A stretch of DNA of 64,000 nt from the NCBI GenBank assembly GCA_033442325.1, contig JAWQFM010000007.1, positions 339,609 to 403,608 of the forward strand, written 5' to 3'. Each line of letters begins with the position of its first letter. Positions within the stretch are counted from its first letter, which is position 1. A program made the translations under genes and the position numbers. Below, one piece after another: positions 1-17,276 of the stretch. Origin of the DNA: Salpingoeca rosetta (Eukaryota > Protista > Choanoflagellata). Below the pieces are notes generated by a model. It saw nothing but the letters and a program-made list of their open reading frames with translations, was not told where the DNA came from and made no database searches.

Positions 1-310
1 AAGGAAGGTCAAGGTGGAGAAGTACGTCTGTCTGTCTGTCTGTGTGTGTGCGTAAAGTGAGGCCTTTGCTCAGCGTAAGAGCGTACGAGTGAAAAATGAT
101 AAGACACGCTGTGGCAACCCAGAAAGTATACTGCGTGTTGTGTGTGCCGTGGTATGAAATAGGCCGAGACAATCCCGCCTGCTGCTGACGTCACCACCAG
201 GCCAACGCTAAGAACGCTAGCTAGGCAAGGTGACTGAAAGGGGGTCTATGAACATTGATGTGCATCTTCAATAAATTTTCGACAGTCAGCAAGAACAAGA
301 CAAACAGCGG

Positions 311-1579
311 ATGATGGAGCAAGACGAGCACCACCACAGCCACGATGTGGACCAGTGGATAGCGATGGGAATGGAGTTTGAGCAGCTGCCGCCAGACGTT
401 CGCAGGGTGAGTTCTGGTCATTTGGAGCTGTGAATGACGTCGCGCGTTGTGTTGTGCGTGTTGTTCTCGGTCCTGTTCATTGATCGTGAACGAACTGCAT
501 ACAGCGGCATATCACACCTTGCTTGGCTTGCTTGGCTTGCTTGGCTTGTGCCTTCAACTTGTTGATTGGCTTGTGTATTCGACTCGACGATTGGAACGAC
601 GCTTGCAGCGATTCGGCACAAAGACCGAGTGGAAGAAAGCCGCATTGGAATACGCATTGTCTCACCAGCTTCGGTTCAAGCGATCCCTGGGTGAGGCAAT
701 TTGCCCCGCGCGCGCTGCGGAACGCACCTGTATGTTTGTGGCTGCAGCTTTCCGTTTTTGTTTGAACAACGCCAACTCAACGATGATGGTTTCGCGCTGC
801 TGGTGTGGGTGACCGTTGTATATTGTGTGATTAGTGTCCAAGATCCTCTCGGATGACATGGGCTACTACCAGCGACTTCTCCAGTACAGCAAGGAACACT
901 TTATGGTGTGCTGACACACGTTTGTGTTTGTTTGTTTGCGTGTGTGCGTGTGTGCGCGCGCGCGTGCGTGCGTTTGTGCATGTGCACGCGTGCGTGTGTT
1001 CTTTTGCATGCGTGGTTTGCTGCTGGTGATTTCGGCTAGTCCTCTCATCCACATCCACGTGTGCCCGCTTGTTCGTTTGGTTGGTGTTGTTTGGCCAACT
1101 CCTTCACTGTTTCTGCACCCGGTCGTTATTGTCAGCTGTACCCGTATCACCTGGCGGACGTGATGGTGCTCAAGTGCAAGACAACGGCGTTCCAGTATTA
1201 CTTTGACATCTTCTCTCATATGCTGGAATCAGACCGAAGCTACGACGCGCTTCCCAACTTCACCGCCTCAGATGGTTGGAAAGGAGTGGTTATCATGCGC
1301 GCGCGTGCGTGTGTGTGTGCGTGTGTGTGCGTGTACTTTTGTGTGTACGTGTGTTTGTATGTGCTGGTGTGTGTGTATTGTGTTGGAGCGTGTGTGGGGG
1401 GGGGGGGGGTGTGCGTGCGACAACCGCCAACCCGATGCAGCAGCGGTTCGTTCTCACGCGCGTTTGCTGCGTCGCCTTCCTCTCAGGGCTGCAGATCCTC
1501 GGCATCGGCCGCAACGAATACATCGACCTCATGACAAAAGTCAAGTCCGGCAAGGTGAGCACCCCTTTGTATGTATGTA

Positions 1580-1643
<64 letters not shown>

Positions 1644-1976
1644 NNNNNNNNNNNNNNNNNNNNNNNNNNNNNNNNNNNNNNNNNNNNNNNNNNNNNNNNN
1701 NNNNNNNNNNNNNNNNNNNNNNNNNNNNNNNNNNNNNNNNNNNTCTCCCCCAAAAAAAAAAAGACGCTTGTCCCGGGGGGGGTTGTTATATTCTCACAAC
1801 ATGTTTTTTTTTCCACCACTTACGCTCCCCCATATTCACAACAAAGAGGGGGTTTTTTGCAAGGGCTTATATCCCAAAAAACTGTTTTTACAAAAAAACT
1901 TCAGGGGGCGCGTGCATATGTGTGTGTGTGTGTTCTGTGTGTGTGTGTGTTTGAGTGTATTGTGCGCGGTGTGGGT

Positions 1977-2030
<54 letters not shown>

Positions 2031-2317
2031 GTGTGTGCGTGCGTGTGTGCGCGCATGTGCACTCGTTTTTTATTCCATTCGGTGGCCCCTCCTTTCCTTC
2101 GTTTTGGTGCTTGAGCACCTGCAATGGCATGTAATCAAGTCATTTTTGCCAGCTCAGCCAACGCGCTCCCACCCGCTTATCATGCTGTTACACACTCTTC
2201 AATTTGCCGCTGTGCCCCCCCCCCTCCACCGTGTCAGCTCCCGCCAGAGAAGATGGAGTACTGGTGGCGCGTCGGTGTTGGCCACGTCCTCGAGGCCGCA
2301 GTGCGGGTGTGTGATGC

Positions 2318-2359
<42 letters not shown>

Positions 2360-5300
2360 ATGTGCGCGATGCTTATGGTTATATTGTGTGTGTGTGGGGG
2401 GGGGGCTGCCATCCTGTAACGACAAGCGTTGATGCGCTCTTCTGACGAGTGGATCGTGCAATGTGTGCATATACACGTGTGCGTGCGCATGTGTGTGCAT
2501 GTGTGCGCATGTGTACAGGAGCTATCGCCGGCAGAAAAGGCGACATTGGACCGCGTCATCAACCGTGGACTCACACAAGTCGGATCCCTGGATAGGGACA
2601 TTGTCATTCGTACGTTTGTCTTCTTGCTGCAGTGCAGGGGGCGCTCTGTGTGTTTATGTTGTTCTCGAGCCCTCACTTGCGGCAATGTGCACTCATGCAA
2701 GTGGAGAACAACACATACGCACGCGTAACCTTGCCAACTACACGAGCACACACACACATGTTATCTCGTGCACACACGGTCTCACACACACACACGCACC
2801 AAAATGCGGACCATCACGCACGCGCAGGGCTGTTCCAGAAGCAGCTGTTCTATCTTGACGTGCCGATTGAGGACGATGCATACATTGTGGTGCCGCCGCT
2901 GGAAGGGTTTGTCATGAACCGCGTGCTCGGCGACTATCTCGAGACCCTCCTCTACCAGGTCTGCTGTTGTGATAGTGGTGGTTTGGGGGGGGGGGGAGGG
3001 AGGGGGAGGAGAAGTGTATGTACTTGTGTTTAGAGGAAGTCGAAACGTGTGACTCGTGGGTGCTGGGGTGAGTTGTGTGGGTATGTGTATGGCTGTGTCT
3101 GCGACTGTGGTGGCGAAGAAGAATGTACAGGCATGTCGATGTGTGGGCGTGCACTTGATTTACAGCCATTTCATGCGCCGTCACAAGCTGACCTGTGACG
3201 GGCGTGCTCTCGGCCACCATCACAACCATCACAACCATCACAACCATCGTCACTACCACCATCACTCGCGTGCGCTGCAGATCTTTGTGTCTATTGACCA
3301 GAACACGACGGTGAAGGAGATGGCAGAGGTGCTTCAGATTGACTTACAGCAGGCACGTGATCATCACTCACACACTTCTTCGTACCACATGTTGCTGCTG
3401 TTCCATGGGGGTGAACAATGTCTTGGTTCTTGTTTGCCCCACGTCCCGTACGCAGTGTACTGCACGCATCATGGCTCACGCGCGCAACCTGTTTCTCCCG
3501 CACACACGCATGCACATGCACACGCATACACACATACACACGCATGCGTGTGCAGGTGAAGGACGCTGTGTCGATGTACTGTCGTCTTGGATTCGCACGG
3601 AAGAAAGTTCCGCCCGTCGCCCGGGATGGCCTGCACAAGTCCTGGCTCAAAGGTGCGCATGTGCACGCTGGTGGACGAAGAGATGAGAGAAATGACACCA
3701 CTGGTGTGACGTGTCGAGAAGATCATCTCGTTTGCTCTCGCATTGCATCCACGTTGTTCATTTACACGTATTTGCAGCAGGCACAAGCCACACAAGCACA
3801 TAAACGTACACACAAGCACACATGCACAGACAAGTAGCGCTAACAATACACAACGCGCGCTTACCAAAGCAATGTGCCCCATTTGTTCTCACGACAATGG
3901 CACCACGTTCGTCGCTCTCCTCCCACACCCGCCTTCCCTTCCTCCACCACCACAACTGCTGCAGTTCCTGGGCAGCACAAAGGAGAGGCGATGGCTGCGA
4001 TAGCCTCGTCGTCGTCACTGGAGCGCCAACAGCCGGCAGATGGGGCGCAGGGGCGGTCTCTGCTGGAGGAGAGCGAGGCAGCAACGCGCACACCACGCAT
4101 TGCGTTCCTCTTCGACTCCACGCTGGCGGCGTTCCTCATGATGGGAAACCTCAGTCCCGGTCTCAAGAAGCACGCTGTCACCCTGTTTGAGGTGCCGCTT
4201 CTGCTCGCTCGTTACGCGTGTGCGTGTGCGTGTGCGTGTGCATGTGGGTTTGTTGTGTGCGTGTAGGTGGTTGCGCGTGTGGATGCTTGCGCCTGCGTGC
4301 TCGTGTGTGTGTTTTCTACTTGTGCACGGTCGTGTGCGGCCCTTTCCTTTCAGGGTTAGCGCTTGATTTCATCCTCAGCCCACGTTCTGAGCCGCATCCT
4401 CTGACTCGCGTGCACACACATACACACACCCACATACACACCCACACACACACTCACATACACACATACACACACTCACATGCACACCCACACACACTCA
4501 CATACACACATACACACACTCACATGCACACCCACACACCCACACACTCACATACACAACCACACACATGGACATGAACATGTCAGGCGGGCAAGCTGTC
4601 TGATGAGACGGTGCTTGAACTCATCTCTGAGCTTGAGTTGACCGAAACGCTGATGGATGGCGACGCGCGCGAATATTCCGATCACGCCATCGCCCTTCGT
4701 GAAACTCTCAAGGCCCTGAGGCGAAACCCAGCCCTGTTTGCTCAGGTGACCGGTTCTGTGTATGTTTTTGTTTGTGTTTTTGTTTGTGGTTTTGGTCTGT
4801 GTGTGTGCATTTTTGACTTGTGCCCTGAAACCACTTTAACCACTGTCTGACACTGACGCGAGCTTCACGCTGACAACTGGCATCCTCACAGCCCAACCGA
4901 TCGGACGAAGACACGAGCGACGGTGATGACGACCAGCAAAACCAGCCACAGGAACAGCAGCGGGAGGAGGAACAGGAGGAGCTGGCGCTGAGTTGCGGTG
5001 CTGGTGTTGATCTCGTGCGCTTTGAGAGCCTGGCGGCGCTCAACGAACAAACGCAGCGACGTGTGCTCGCCCGCAACTATATGGTGAGGCGAAAAGCCAT
5101 CTTGTTACTGTTCATGTGGTGGTCATCGTGCTGTGTACGATGACTGCGTCTGCTGCCAATGCTGGTGCTGCTTGTTGATAAGTGAGCACATGTATTCACA
5201 CACACACCTTTACACACTCTCACGCATCCTCACACAAACGCACACATACATTCACACATCCCCCTCTTCTCCAAAGGCGCTGGTGACAATGACGCCTCTC

Positions 5301-6521
5301 AGCCCGGACGTGCGCTCCATCACGGGGTGAGGCGCCGGTGTTGCTCGCCTGCCGGTGTCTGTTGAGAGTATGCGTACATGCGCGCCGTGCGAGTGTGTGT
5401 GTGTGTGTGTGTGTGCGTTTGCGTGCACGTGACCTGTGTCCTGGTGATATTTGAATATATGTGCTCTCGATGTGCCGCATGTTCGTGTTGAGTGCTGAAA
5501 TGCATTCAACTTTTCATTGCGTTGACATCGACACGTCTGCTGCTCGTTGCAGCGCGCTGCAAATGCCAATTCTTGGTCCGCCTCGCTCCGAGTTTACATC
5601 GCCGTGGTTCAAGCTCTTTCTCTACGCAAGCGTGCGTGCACGTTTGCGTGTGTGTGTGCGTATGTGTGTATATGTGTGTGCGTGTGCGTGTGTGGTGTGG
5701 TATGTTGGTTGGAAGCAACAGAGTATGCGCGTGCCATGTGACCTGTAGTCGCTGACTGTCAGGTTCACTGTGAACGCTTTGCGATCGTCCACCCCTTTCC
5801 CACCTCTTCAATGCTCGCCCAACGCACCACGCCGCCACGCTTAAACAGGTGTTGACGGGTCCAGAGTCACTGTTCATCATGGCGGGAACCGTGCTCAACC
5901 AATTACCGAAATCCTTGGCAAGATACTCGACAGTTCTCCTCACCACGTGGAAGCATGAGCCCACCGTCACGTCGACGGCGAGCCTGCTCATCACACTCAA
6001 CGGTGCGGGAACCAGCACCATGCCCTGCACATCGTGTGTATGTGTGACTGTGGGCATCATTGTCAATCCGTTGCTTTGTGTCAAGGCAGCAGATCACAGT
6101 GATGTTCGTTACGCCACACTCATTCGCTCGCTCACCCACTCCACCACAGTACAAATCACTTCACTCATGTTCATTTACGCAAACACACACACACTGTCAC
6201 ACACACACACACACTCTGTCTCTCACACTCACACAAGCACACACACACACACACACACACTCTCTCTCTCATCCCGCGCCCACATGTTCCTGCCCCTCTC
6301 CGGGACTACATGCAGACGCCCTTGCACAAGGCCCCGTGTTTGTGCAAGGTCTGGCCACACGTGCACAGGAGTGCCAACTCGTGCACGTTCCGTTTTCGCT
6401 GCCAACACGCGAACACATGGACACCCTCGCATCATCAGCTTCATCCGTGCCGGTCACGAGTGCCGCCCCCGCAGCACCAGCCAGCAGCGCCGATGGCGAC
6501 GCATCCACCCCCAGCTCAAGA

Positions 6522-6570
<49 letters not shown>

Positions 6571-8450
6571 CTGAGATGGCGCAAAACTTGATTGACTTGG
6601 GCGGTTCAAGCAGTACGGATGATCACGATGCGACAACTGCAGCGGCAACAACAGCAACCAATGGCAGCGGGTCTGGTGAAGACACTGCCCAAGCCAGTTC
6701 TGCTGTCCCTGCTGATACCGCCGCTGGCGTGGATCTGTCAAACCTGCCTGACGGGTTTTCGCCGCTGCTGGTTGGCCGAACAGCGATGCGTCGTGGAGAG
6801 GCCGTGTCCATCACGGAGGAAGGCGCACAGCTGCTGGGGAGACGGGCACGAGCAACGTATGCACGTGCGCTCACCCGCCCCTGGGGCCGTGGTGCCCATG
6901 GTGCTGGTGCTGGTGGTGATGGTGATGGTGATGGTGATGGTGATGGTGATGGTGATGTGGATGCGGAGAAGACAGACATGGCGCCAGCAACAGAGGCAAT
7001 GCCACTCGCAGCAACATCAAACACGCCAGCAGTCTCAACAACAGCAGCCAACACAGCAGCGCCATCGTCGTACGCAGACGTGATGCAAGCAGTGTTGGAT
7101 TCGCGCGAGATGAGGCACGTGCGCGATCGTCTTCATCTTCGCAGCCGCGTTGGATACATCACCCTCGTGAAGGTCACAGGCAGCGGTCTTGACAGCGGTG
7201 GCGCCGGTGTTGCTGGGCACGGTGGCGATGAGGTGCAGGGTGGGAGCAACAATGAAGAACCACGTGGGCGTGGTGATAGCGTTGATGCTGTATCAGCCAG
7301 TGCCACTTGCTTTGCTGGGAGAATCCAACATGGTGACTCTGGCAGTGATGGAGATGACCAGGACAGCAGCAGCAGCGGCACAAGTGATCAGCGGGAAGCG
7401 GTTGTGGCGAAACGAAGCAGTGATCTCATTACCCTCGATGACAGTGCCGACAACACCAGCGGCGCCACACAGCAGCAAGTAGAACACGGTCATGTAGGTG
7501 GTGGTGATGGCGGCGATTCGCTTGGAGACGTGCTGGCACGCGTATCTGTTCCGCGGAAGAGCAGCAGCAACGCTTCCGCTGCTGTTGGTGGCGGCAGAAG
7601 TGGCAGACGTGGAGGTGACAGTGCTGGATTGCGTCATGGCGGGTACACCACGTATCATTTCCTCGGCGTCAACTTTGGTGTTCCGTTGTTTGATGAGCAG
7701 CTCAACGCTGCGCTCTGTCTCGCCATGGAATCGCACGCCCTCCTCTCGCGTAAGTTTCTGTGTTTGCTTGGTTGGTTGGTTGGTTGTTCGTGTGTTTGGT
7801 TGGTTGTTTGTTTGGTTGGTTGGTTGGTTGGCTGGTTGGTTGGTTGGTTGTTTGTTTGGTTGGTTGGTTGGTTGGTTGGTTGGTTGGTTGGTTGGGTTGG
7901 TTGGTTGGTGGTTTTGTTCAAAAGTGTGTGCGCGCGCGTGCGCGCGTGTGTGTATGATGTGTGATGTGCTTGTTCCCATGGTGCGTGCAGACACACACAT
8001 GCTCCTGACGCTGCCGCGAATAACCTCACAATGACCAACAACCGCCCCCTCGCGTGTGCTGCACACACATCAGCGGCCAATTTGAGCGCCATCCGGGAAT
8101 CCCAACAGCAGATGACAGATGCTCTCCTCCACTTCATTGCTGACCACAAGGTGGGTGTGGCTGTGGCACTCAATGTATGTGATGCTTGTCCTGTGTAGTG
8201 CGTGGTCACCTGTGACTTCAACACCAACACCTGCTCTTTCGACTCCACTCACACCTCCTCATCACCGCTGCTTACGCACCACCACCTCCTCCCTTCATCA
8301 CCACACCACGGCCACCCTTGGTTTCGCCATTACCAACAGGGCTGCTTGGAGGACACGAATCCCAACCAAGCGCAGCCCGCGCTGTGGCCGCTGCCAACAA
8401 CACACCTGCACTTTGACGGCTCCCGTGTCACGCAACTCTCTCGCCTCTAG
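311..8450 (+). CDS. FAM91A1: FAM91A1-family protein (WDR11 complex, endosome-to-Golgi trafficking); about 20 exons, one region disrupted by the gap at 1644-1743
   Basis: Spliced exons 311-406, 609-690, 835-905, 1136-1274, 1487-1554 ... 6316-7748 ... 8340-8450 give [122 protein letters not shown] and FGVPLFD. These are characteristic FAM91 N- and C-domain motifs. Confidence 0.93.
7768..7908 (+). repeat. (TTGG)n tetranucleotide microsatellite in a FAM91A1 intron
   Basis: Imperfect ttgg array directly visible. Confidence 0.9.
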
Positions 8451-8464
8451 CCGGATGTGTGTGT

Positions 8465-8498
<34 letters not shown>

Positions 8499-8726
8499 TG
8501 CACGGGCATTGGCTCGTTGTCCCTGGCAAGGAAGGCACGATTGGCATCGTTCACATCAGTTACTCAATCCAACTTGTTCATTTTGCGAGGAAGTAACGTT
8601 ACACTCAATTTAACAAGTCAACAAGGCAAAACGCCATTGCCCCCCCCCCCTCTCTCTTTCACTCGAGCGGCGATGCACGACGCACAGCACAAACGCCACC
8701 AAGAGTGTGTGGAGTGTGCGTGGCCA

Positions 8727-11398
<2,672 letters not shown>

Positions 11399-11603
11399 CT
11401 TCGTGCTTGTCCTTCGAGGGTTGGAACTGAATTCAGTAACAGCTGTCAGGGATGACGGGCACGGTGATGATTCTTGGAAGTCATCCACCACCCTTCGCTG
11501 TGCCAATTTTGAATTTTGCCGGCAACCGACAAACCTCAACAACACCAACGAAGAAGACAAGCAAGTCAAGCAAGCAAGCAAGACAGTTATCGCTGCACCA
11601 CAT

Positions 11604-11642
<39 letters not shown>

Positions 11643-11711
11643 GATAGAAACAAGTGAGCCGCACAGGAGCAGGAGCATCACCAGCAGCACCAGCAGAAGG
11701 AGCCATCCACC
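11399..11711. promoter_or_regulatory. Divergent promoter region shared by nurim and CKAP5 (313 bp between start codons)
   Basis: Head-to-head ATGs. Contains an X-box-like TTTGCCGGCAAC (11515-11526), (CAAG)n and (CA)n. Confidence 0.6.
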
Positions 11712-14700
11712 ATGGCGGCGGAAACCGACTTCTCGGCTCTTTCGCTGCAAGACCGACTCACACACAAGGTGAACGCTTGCTTCCTCTCCACCACTGCTTG
11801 AGCTTGCACGAACGACAAGTCATCGGCGTCCCACCATATGCACACATGATGACTCAACGAATGCTCTGTGCGCGTGTGTGTATGTGTGCGTGTGTGTGTG
11901 TGTGTGTGTATATGTGTGTGTGCGTGTGTGTATGTGTGTGTGTGCGTTGCTTCCGCTGTGGTCTTCTTTGGTATTCTCAGGTGTGGAAGGCGCGATTGAG
12001 CGCATATGAGGAGCTTGTGAAGCAGCTCCAGTCGTCCTGCGACGAGGACGCGCTTGCAGAATGGAAACAGTACGTGTCACAGGCTGTGGCAGATCCAAAC
12101 GTGCCTGCGCAGCTGCAAGGCCTGGAGTTTGCCCTGGTGTGGCTCGAAAACGCCCCAAAGCGCCTTGTCCCCGTCTCAGACATCGCCCAGGCCATCGTGG
12201 CAAAGGGCCTGAACGCATCAAAGACACAGACCAAGGTAATGTCCACTCTCTCGTCCATCGACGCGAAAACTGTGGTTGGAAGTGGATGCATGCGTGAATT
12301 TATGTGCGTATGCGCGCGCATGTGTGTGTGCGCGTTTCTTTGGTGCGTGCACCTTGGGTGCCGCCAGTCTTGTTAGACAAGCACATTGTTGTGTGGACGC
12401 ATGTGTTGTGCAGTCGAGTGCATGCGCGTGCTCTCAACTATTCCGCTCAGCCCTCACCACACGCACCCGCACACATGTCGCCAACTCGACACGCCGTTGC
12501 TGTGTACAGGAGAAAGTTCAGGAGCTATGCCTGCTCTTGATTGAGGTCGGCGAGCAGCCAGAGGCCGTCATTGAGGCACTTGCTGGAGCATGCTCTGCCA
12601 AGCAGCCCAAGGTCGTTGCCACGGCAGCAAGCCTCCTCACATCGTGCCTCGAAGCCTTTGGCGCGAAAGTCATCAACCCAAAGCTCTTCCTCAAGGTCTG
12701 TGTGTGTGCGTGTGTGTGTGTGTGTCTGTGCTTCGATGTGAACCTTCCCGTGCAGCCTCGCCTCTCATCACTCAGACGTGTACTCTCGCTCACAGCCCCT
12801 CCTCACTACCACATCAAACACGCGCGCACACGACATCTCGATGCAGAAAACTGTGGGCGTACTTGGCCACACAAACAAGATGGCACGCGAGGAAGGGAAG
12901 AACCTCGTCACAGAGATGCACCGGTGGCTCGGCGACGCCATCAAGCCATCCCTCTCTGACATCAAGCCCGTCATGGTGAGCAGCAGCAGCAGCACGTGGC
13001 GCCCGTCTGACACGTGTTTGTTCAAAGAAGTGGTGTTTTGCTGTGGGCGATCGCGTATGGATCGGCTGCCCACCCCTGTCATTCGTTGTGTCAGGGATTC
13101 TCCTGTGCGCGACAGCTGGCAAAACACACACACACACATACACACGCAGACACATACACACACGCACATATACACGGACATGTACACACATACACATACG
13201 CCCTCACACGCACCTGTCTGGTCTGCGATGTTGCTTGCCGCTACAGATGAAGGAGCTTGAAGACGAGTGGGCAAAGCAAGAGGGCGTGAAGCCCAAACCA
13301 ACCCGCCGCCTTCGCTCTGCCGCCAAGAAGGCAGCAGCAGCAGCACAGCAGCAAGGTGATGCTGCTGATGGCAGTGATGCGAATATCAACAACGACGACA
13401 ACGGTGATGGTGATGATGACGATGATGATGACGAGGAAGAAGTTGACGCATATGAGCTGGCAGACGCCGTGAACGCACTGTCGAAGATCCCCAAGTCGTT
13501 TGAGTCTGACCTGAAGGAGAGCAAGTGGTCCATCAGGCGTGATGCGCTGCAGAGTGCGCTCACGGCCCTCTCCGCTGTCAAGCTCGCTGATGGCGACTAC
13601 GGCGACCTCGTTCGCCTCTTCATACGCGTACGTGAGGCTGAGAGGGGGGCACCTGCGCCGATGTGGTTGTCGTGTATGGTTGTGTTGGTGCGCGAGAGCG
13701 TGTGTGTGTGTGTGGTTGTGTGTGTGTGTGTGTGTGTGTGTGCGGCACATACTGTTGTGGACGAACTGCACTGCTGTCGAGCGTTGTCACATGTGTTGTC
13801 CTGTCGATGAACAACACGCACGTATACACATACACGTGCACACACGTGCACATACATTCCCAAGAACTATCTCGTTCACCCGCTTGCTCACGCTTGTGCA
13901 TGCCGCCCCTGTCTGTCCCACGCAAACAGGTGGTGGCGAATGACTCCAACGTGATCAACGTGGCGCTGGCCACGGATTGCATTGGTGCCATTGCTTCCGG
14001 ACTGCGGGACCGCTTCTCCCCGTACGCCCCTCTTGTCTTTGAAAGCATGCTTGACAAGTTTAAGGAGAAGAAGCTGAACGTGGTGACCGCGCTGCACAAG
14101 GCGGTGCCGGCAGTGCTGGCGCAGATGCCAACAGACAAGGCTGTGGAGACGCTCGTAGCGTCCATCAAGCAGAAGAACCCACTGCAGATGCAGCACACAG
14201 CCAAGGTGGGTTTGTTGTTGTTGTTGTTGTTGGTGGTGGTGGGGGTGGTGGGGGTGGTGGATTCATTAGTACGGCTTGTGGATGTGCTCGCCATACGCTT
14301 CATGTGCTCCCCATTTTCTTTTCGTCTTTCATTTTTCTCTCTCTCCTTCCCCTCAATTCATGTTGTCGCCTCCCCACACAATCACACATCGACTAATCCG
14401 CACCCATCTGGCCCTTTGCATGCGTGTGTGCGTGCGACACCAGGTTGTGTCCGAAAGCCTTAGCAGGCTGTCGAAGAAGCCGCTTGGGAAGAGTCACGTG
14501 TCGTCGTTGGCCGCTGCGCTGGTTGCATGCCTCACTGCCCGCGAGCCAGCCGTCCGCGAGAGCGCAGCAACAGCCCTCTCCGCTCTCATTGCTGTGAGTC
14601 GGCCAAGCTGCACTTGCTTGTGTGTGTGTGTGTGTTGTGTATGTCGTGTGTGCACATGTCGTGTGCGTGCTAGTGTGTTGTGTATGTCGTGTGTGTACAT

Positions 14701-17235
14701 ATGCATGTTGCGTGACATTCTGCACTTCATCATCCTGTCCCCTCCCCCGGTCAAACGCACCAACTTTTCACTTCTTCGTGCCCCTTCCTCATTACCCGTT
14801 CAGCTGTTGTCCCTCACCCCCTACCCAACACACACACGAACAGCACTCTGGAGAGAAGTTTGTTCGCCCGCAGCTTGCAGACGTCGACAAGAAGAAGGCT
14901 GACAAGATCATTGCCAACGCCAGCAGTGTCGGGGCGTCACCATCGTCATCATCAACGTCAACCGCCCCGTGGTCCTCCAAGGCGGCAGGAACGAAGAAAG
15001 CTGCCGCGAAGAAGAGCAGCAGTGCTGGTGCGAGCAATGGCCGTCCTAAAGCGTCACGCGCATCGTCAGCATCATCATCGTCATCGTCGTCTGTCGCTGC
15101 AAGCAAGGCCGGTCGCCCAAAGCGAACAAAGGCAGCCGGGGTTAAGAAGTCGACGGCGCGGAAATCCGTCGCAGCGGTGCGTTGCTCCTGTCATTGAGTC
15201 GAAGTTTGTTTGAATGTATACATGTCTGTGGAGTTGTGTGTGAATGTGTGAATGTCTGTGGAGTTGTGTGTGTGAATGTGTGAATGTGTGAAGGCGCTTA
15301 TGCGTGTAGTTGCAGTTCTTATCGTTGTGAGTGTGCATTACACGTTTCAGTGGCACACAATAGTCAATGTGTGTGACATTCCATCTTGAAGACATGCTCA
15401 CGCGACAATTTCTTATTGGTGTTGTTCTGCAGTCGAAGAAAGGTAGCAGCGGAAGCAAGAAGGTGGCAGACAGCGTTGAGCCTGTCTCCTTTCCAGAGAT
15501 GAGCCCAGATGCTGTAAGTCCTTTTGCGCTGGTTCGAGTGAGGCTGCGTTTACGCGTACGCTGAGTCTACTTCCCATCACAACGGCGGTTTTCCCCAACA
15601 CATGCACTTGCCCACATGCATACGTACAGTACACACTCGCTCGAACACACGCGCTTTCTCGCACACACGCGGTCACCATCACCATCACCATCACCATCAC
15701 CATCACCATCACCATCACCATCACCATCACCACCGCTATGACCACGTGCGTAGGCTGAGGCCGCTGTGCAGGCGCTTGTATCCGGCGGAGCAATTGAGCT
15801 GATGAAGAGCAGCGCGTGGAAGGAGAAACTCGAAGGCGCAACGGCCCTCAAGGCGGCCCTGGACAAGGAAGACAGCGTTGATGCCTCCACGGCCATGGCC
15901 ATCTTTGCATTCGCAGAGACGCGCACTCGGCAGTGGAAGGAGACAAACTTCCAGGTGCGTACCAGTGATGCTGATGTTCGAAGATATTTCGTGTCGCACA
16001 CGACAGCACATCGAGCCCACACACGCGTGCGAACTGCACTCACACTCCATATCGAGGCCCCAGCTCACACATTTCGCCAAACACACTCACATGTTGCTAT
16101 GCAACATATGCTCTCATATATTCAACACACACACACACACGCACCACGCTGCGAACACATGCCACCTGTGCCCCTCCTCCTCCTCCTCCTGCTGCTGCTG
16201 CTGCTGCTGCACAGGTGATGGGCGCGTACATTGAGGCGCTATCTGCCGCCGCGTCCAAGGCATCGCCGTCATGCCCGGATCGCGCTGTCGACATGATCGT
16301 GCCCCCACTCGTCGACAAGCTTGCTGACGTGAAGGTTCGTCACCACGCGCTGCTGCTGTTGTCTCATCTTGAAGGCTGGGCTGTCCCGTGCTGCAAGTCG
16401 CACTACCTCACCTGTGCCTATCTCACCATCATGATACCGTTGTCGCTGCCCGCAGCTCCGTGCCCCTGCCAGCGACGCCCTGCTCGTCATGTGTGAGCAG
16501 CTTGGGCCAAACTTTGTTGTCCTGCGCATGTGCAGCCATGCTTCGTCGCACCGCAGCCCAAAGGTCTGTAGCTCTGCATGTCGTACGTGCGTGCGTGTGT
16601 GCGTGTGCGTACATGCGCGCGTGTTAGTATTCGTATGTGTTTGTGCATGTGCGTGTATGTGTGTGCGTGTGTGTGTGCAGTTGTGTGTGTGTGCAGTTGT
16701 GTATGTTCGGCGCATAAGCCTCTTCGCAACTCACAATGCAGTGTTATGCCTCGTCAGGTGCACACGGAGACGTGCAACACCATTGCCAGCATTCTGAATG
16801 CGTTTGGCATGCAGTTGTCTGCAAAGGCCGTCGTCACATTTGCACGCAAGATGCTTGTACGTCAACCATGCAAGCTCATGCGTGCGTGCGTGCGTGCGTT
16901 TAACAACATACTGCACTGCGACGTTTTGTACTTCTTCCTTGCCCGCAATCCCACAGCAGCGCGCATCCTGTCACCATTTGTTCCTCCTCACCGCCATCAC
17001 GCTCCCCTCCCTTCCCCACCGCCTCCATGGCTGCAGGCGTCGACCAACGCTGGTGTGCGCACAGCTGCCATTGATATGCTCGGCACCCTCCGCATCTTTG
17101 TTGGTCCGTCGCTCATTTCGCTGTTCCAGGACGAGAAGCCCGCCCTGCTCCAGCTCATCACAGAGAAGTTTGACAAGGTGTGTTGCGTGGTGTGTTTGTG
17201 TGCATGTGTATGTGTGCGCGCCTGCGCTTGTTATG

Positions 17236-17276
<41 letters not shown>

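Noticed and set aside
1744-1915. Homopolymer-rich segment as foreign DNA
   Set aside because: It abuts a gap and looks like low-quality read end; it may hide a garbled FAM91A1 exon.
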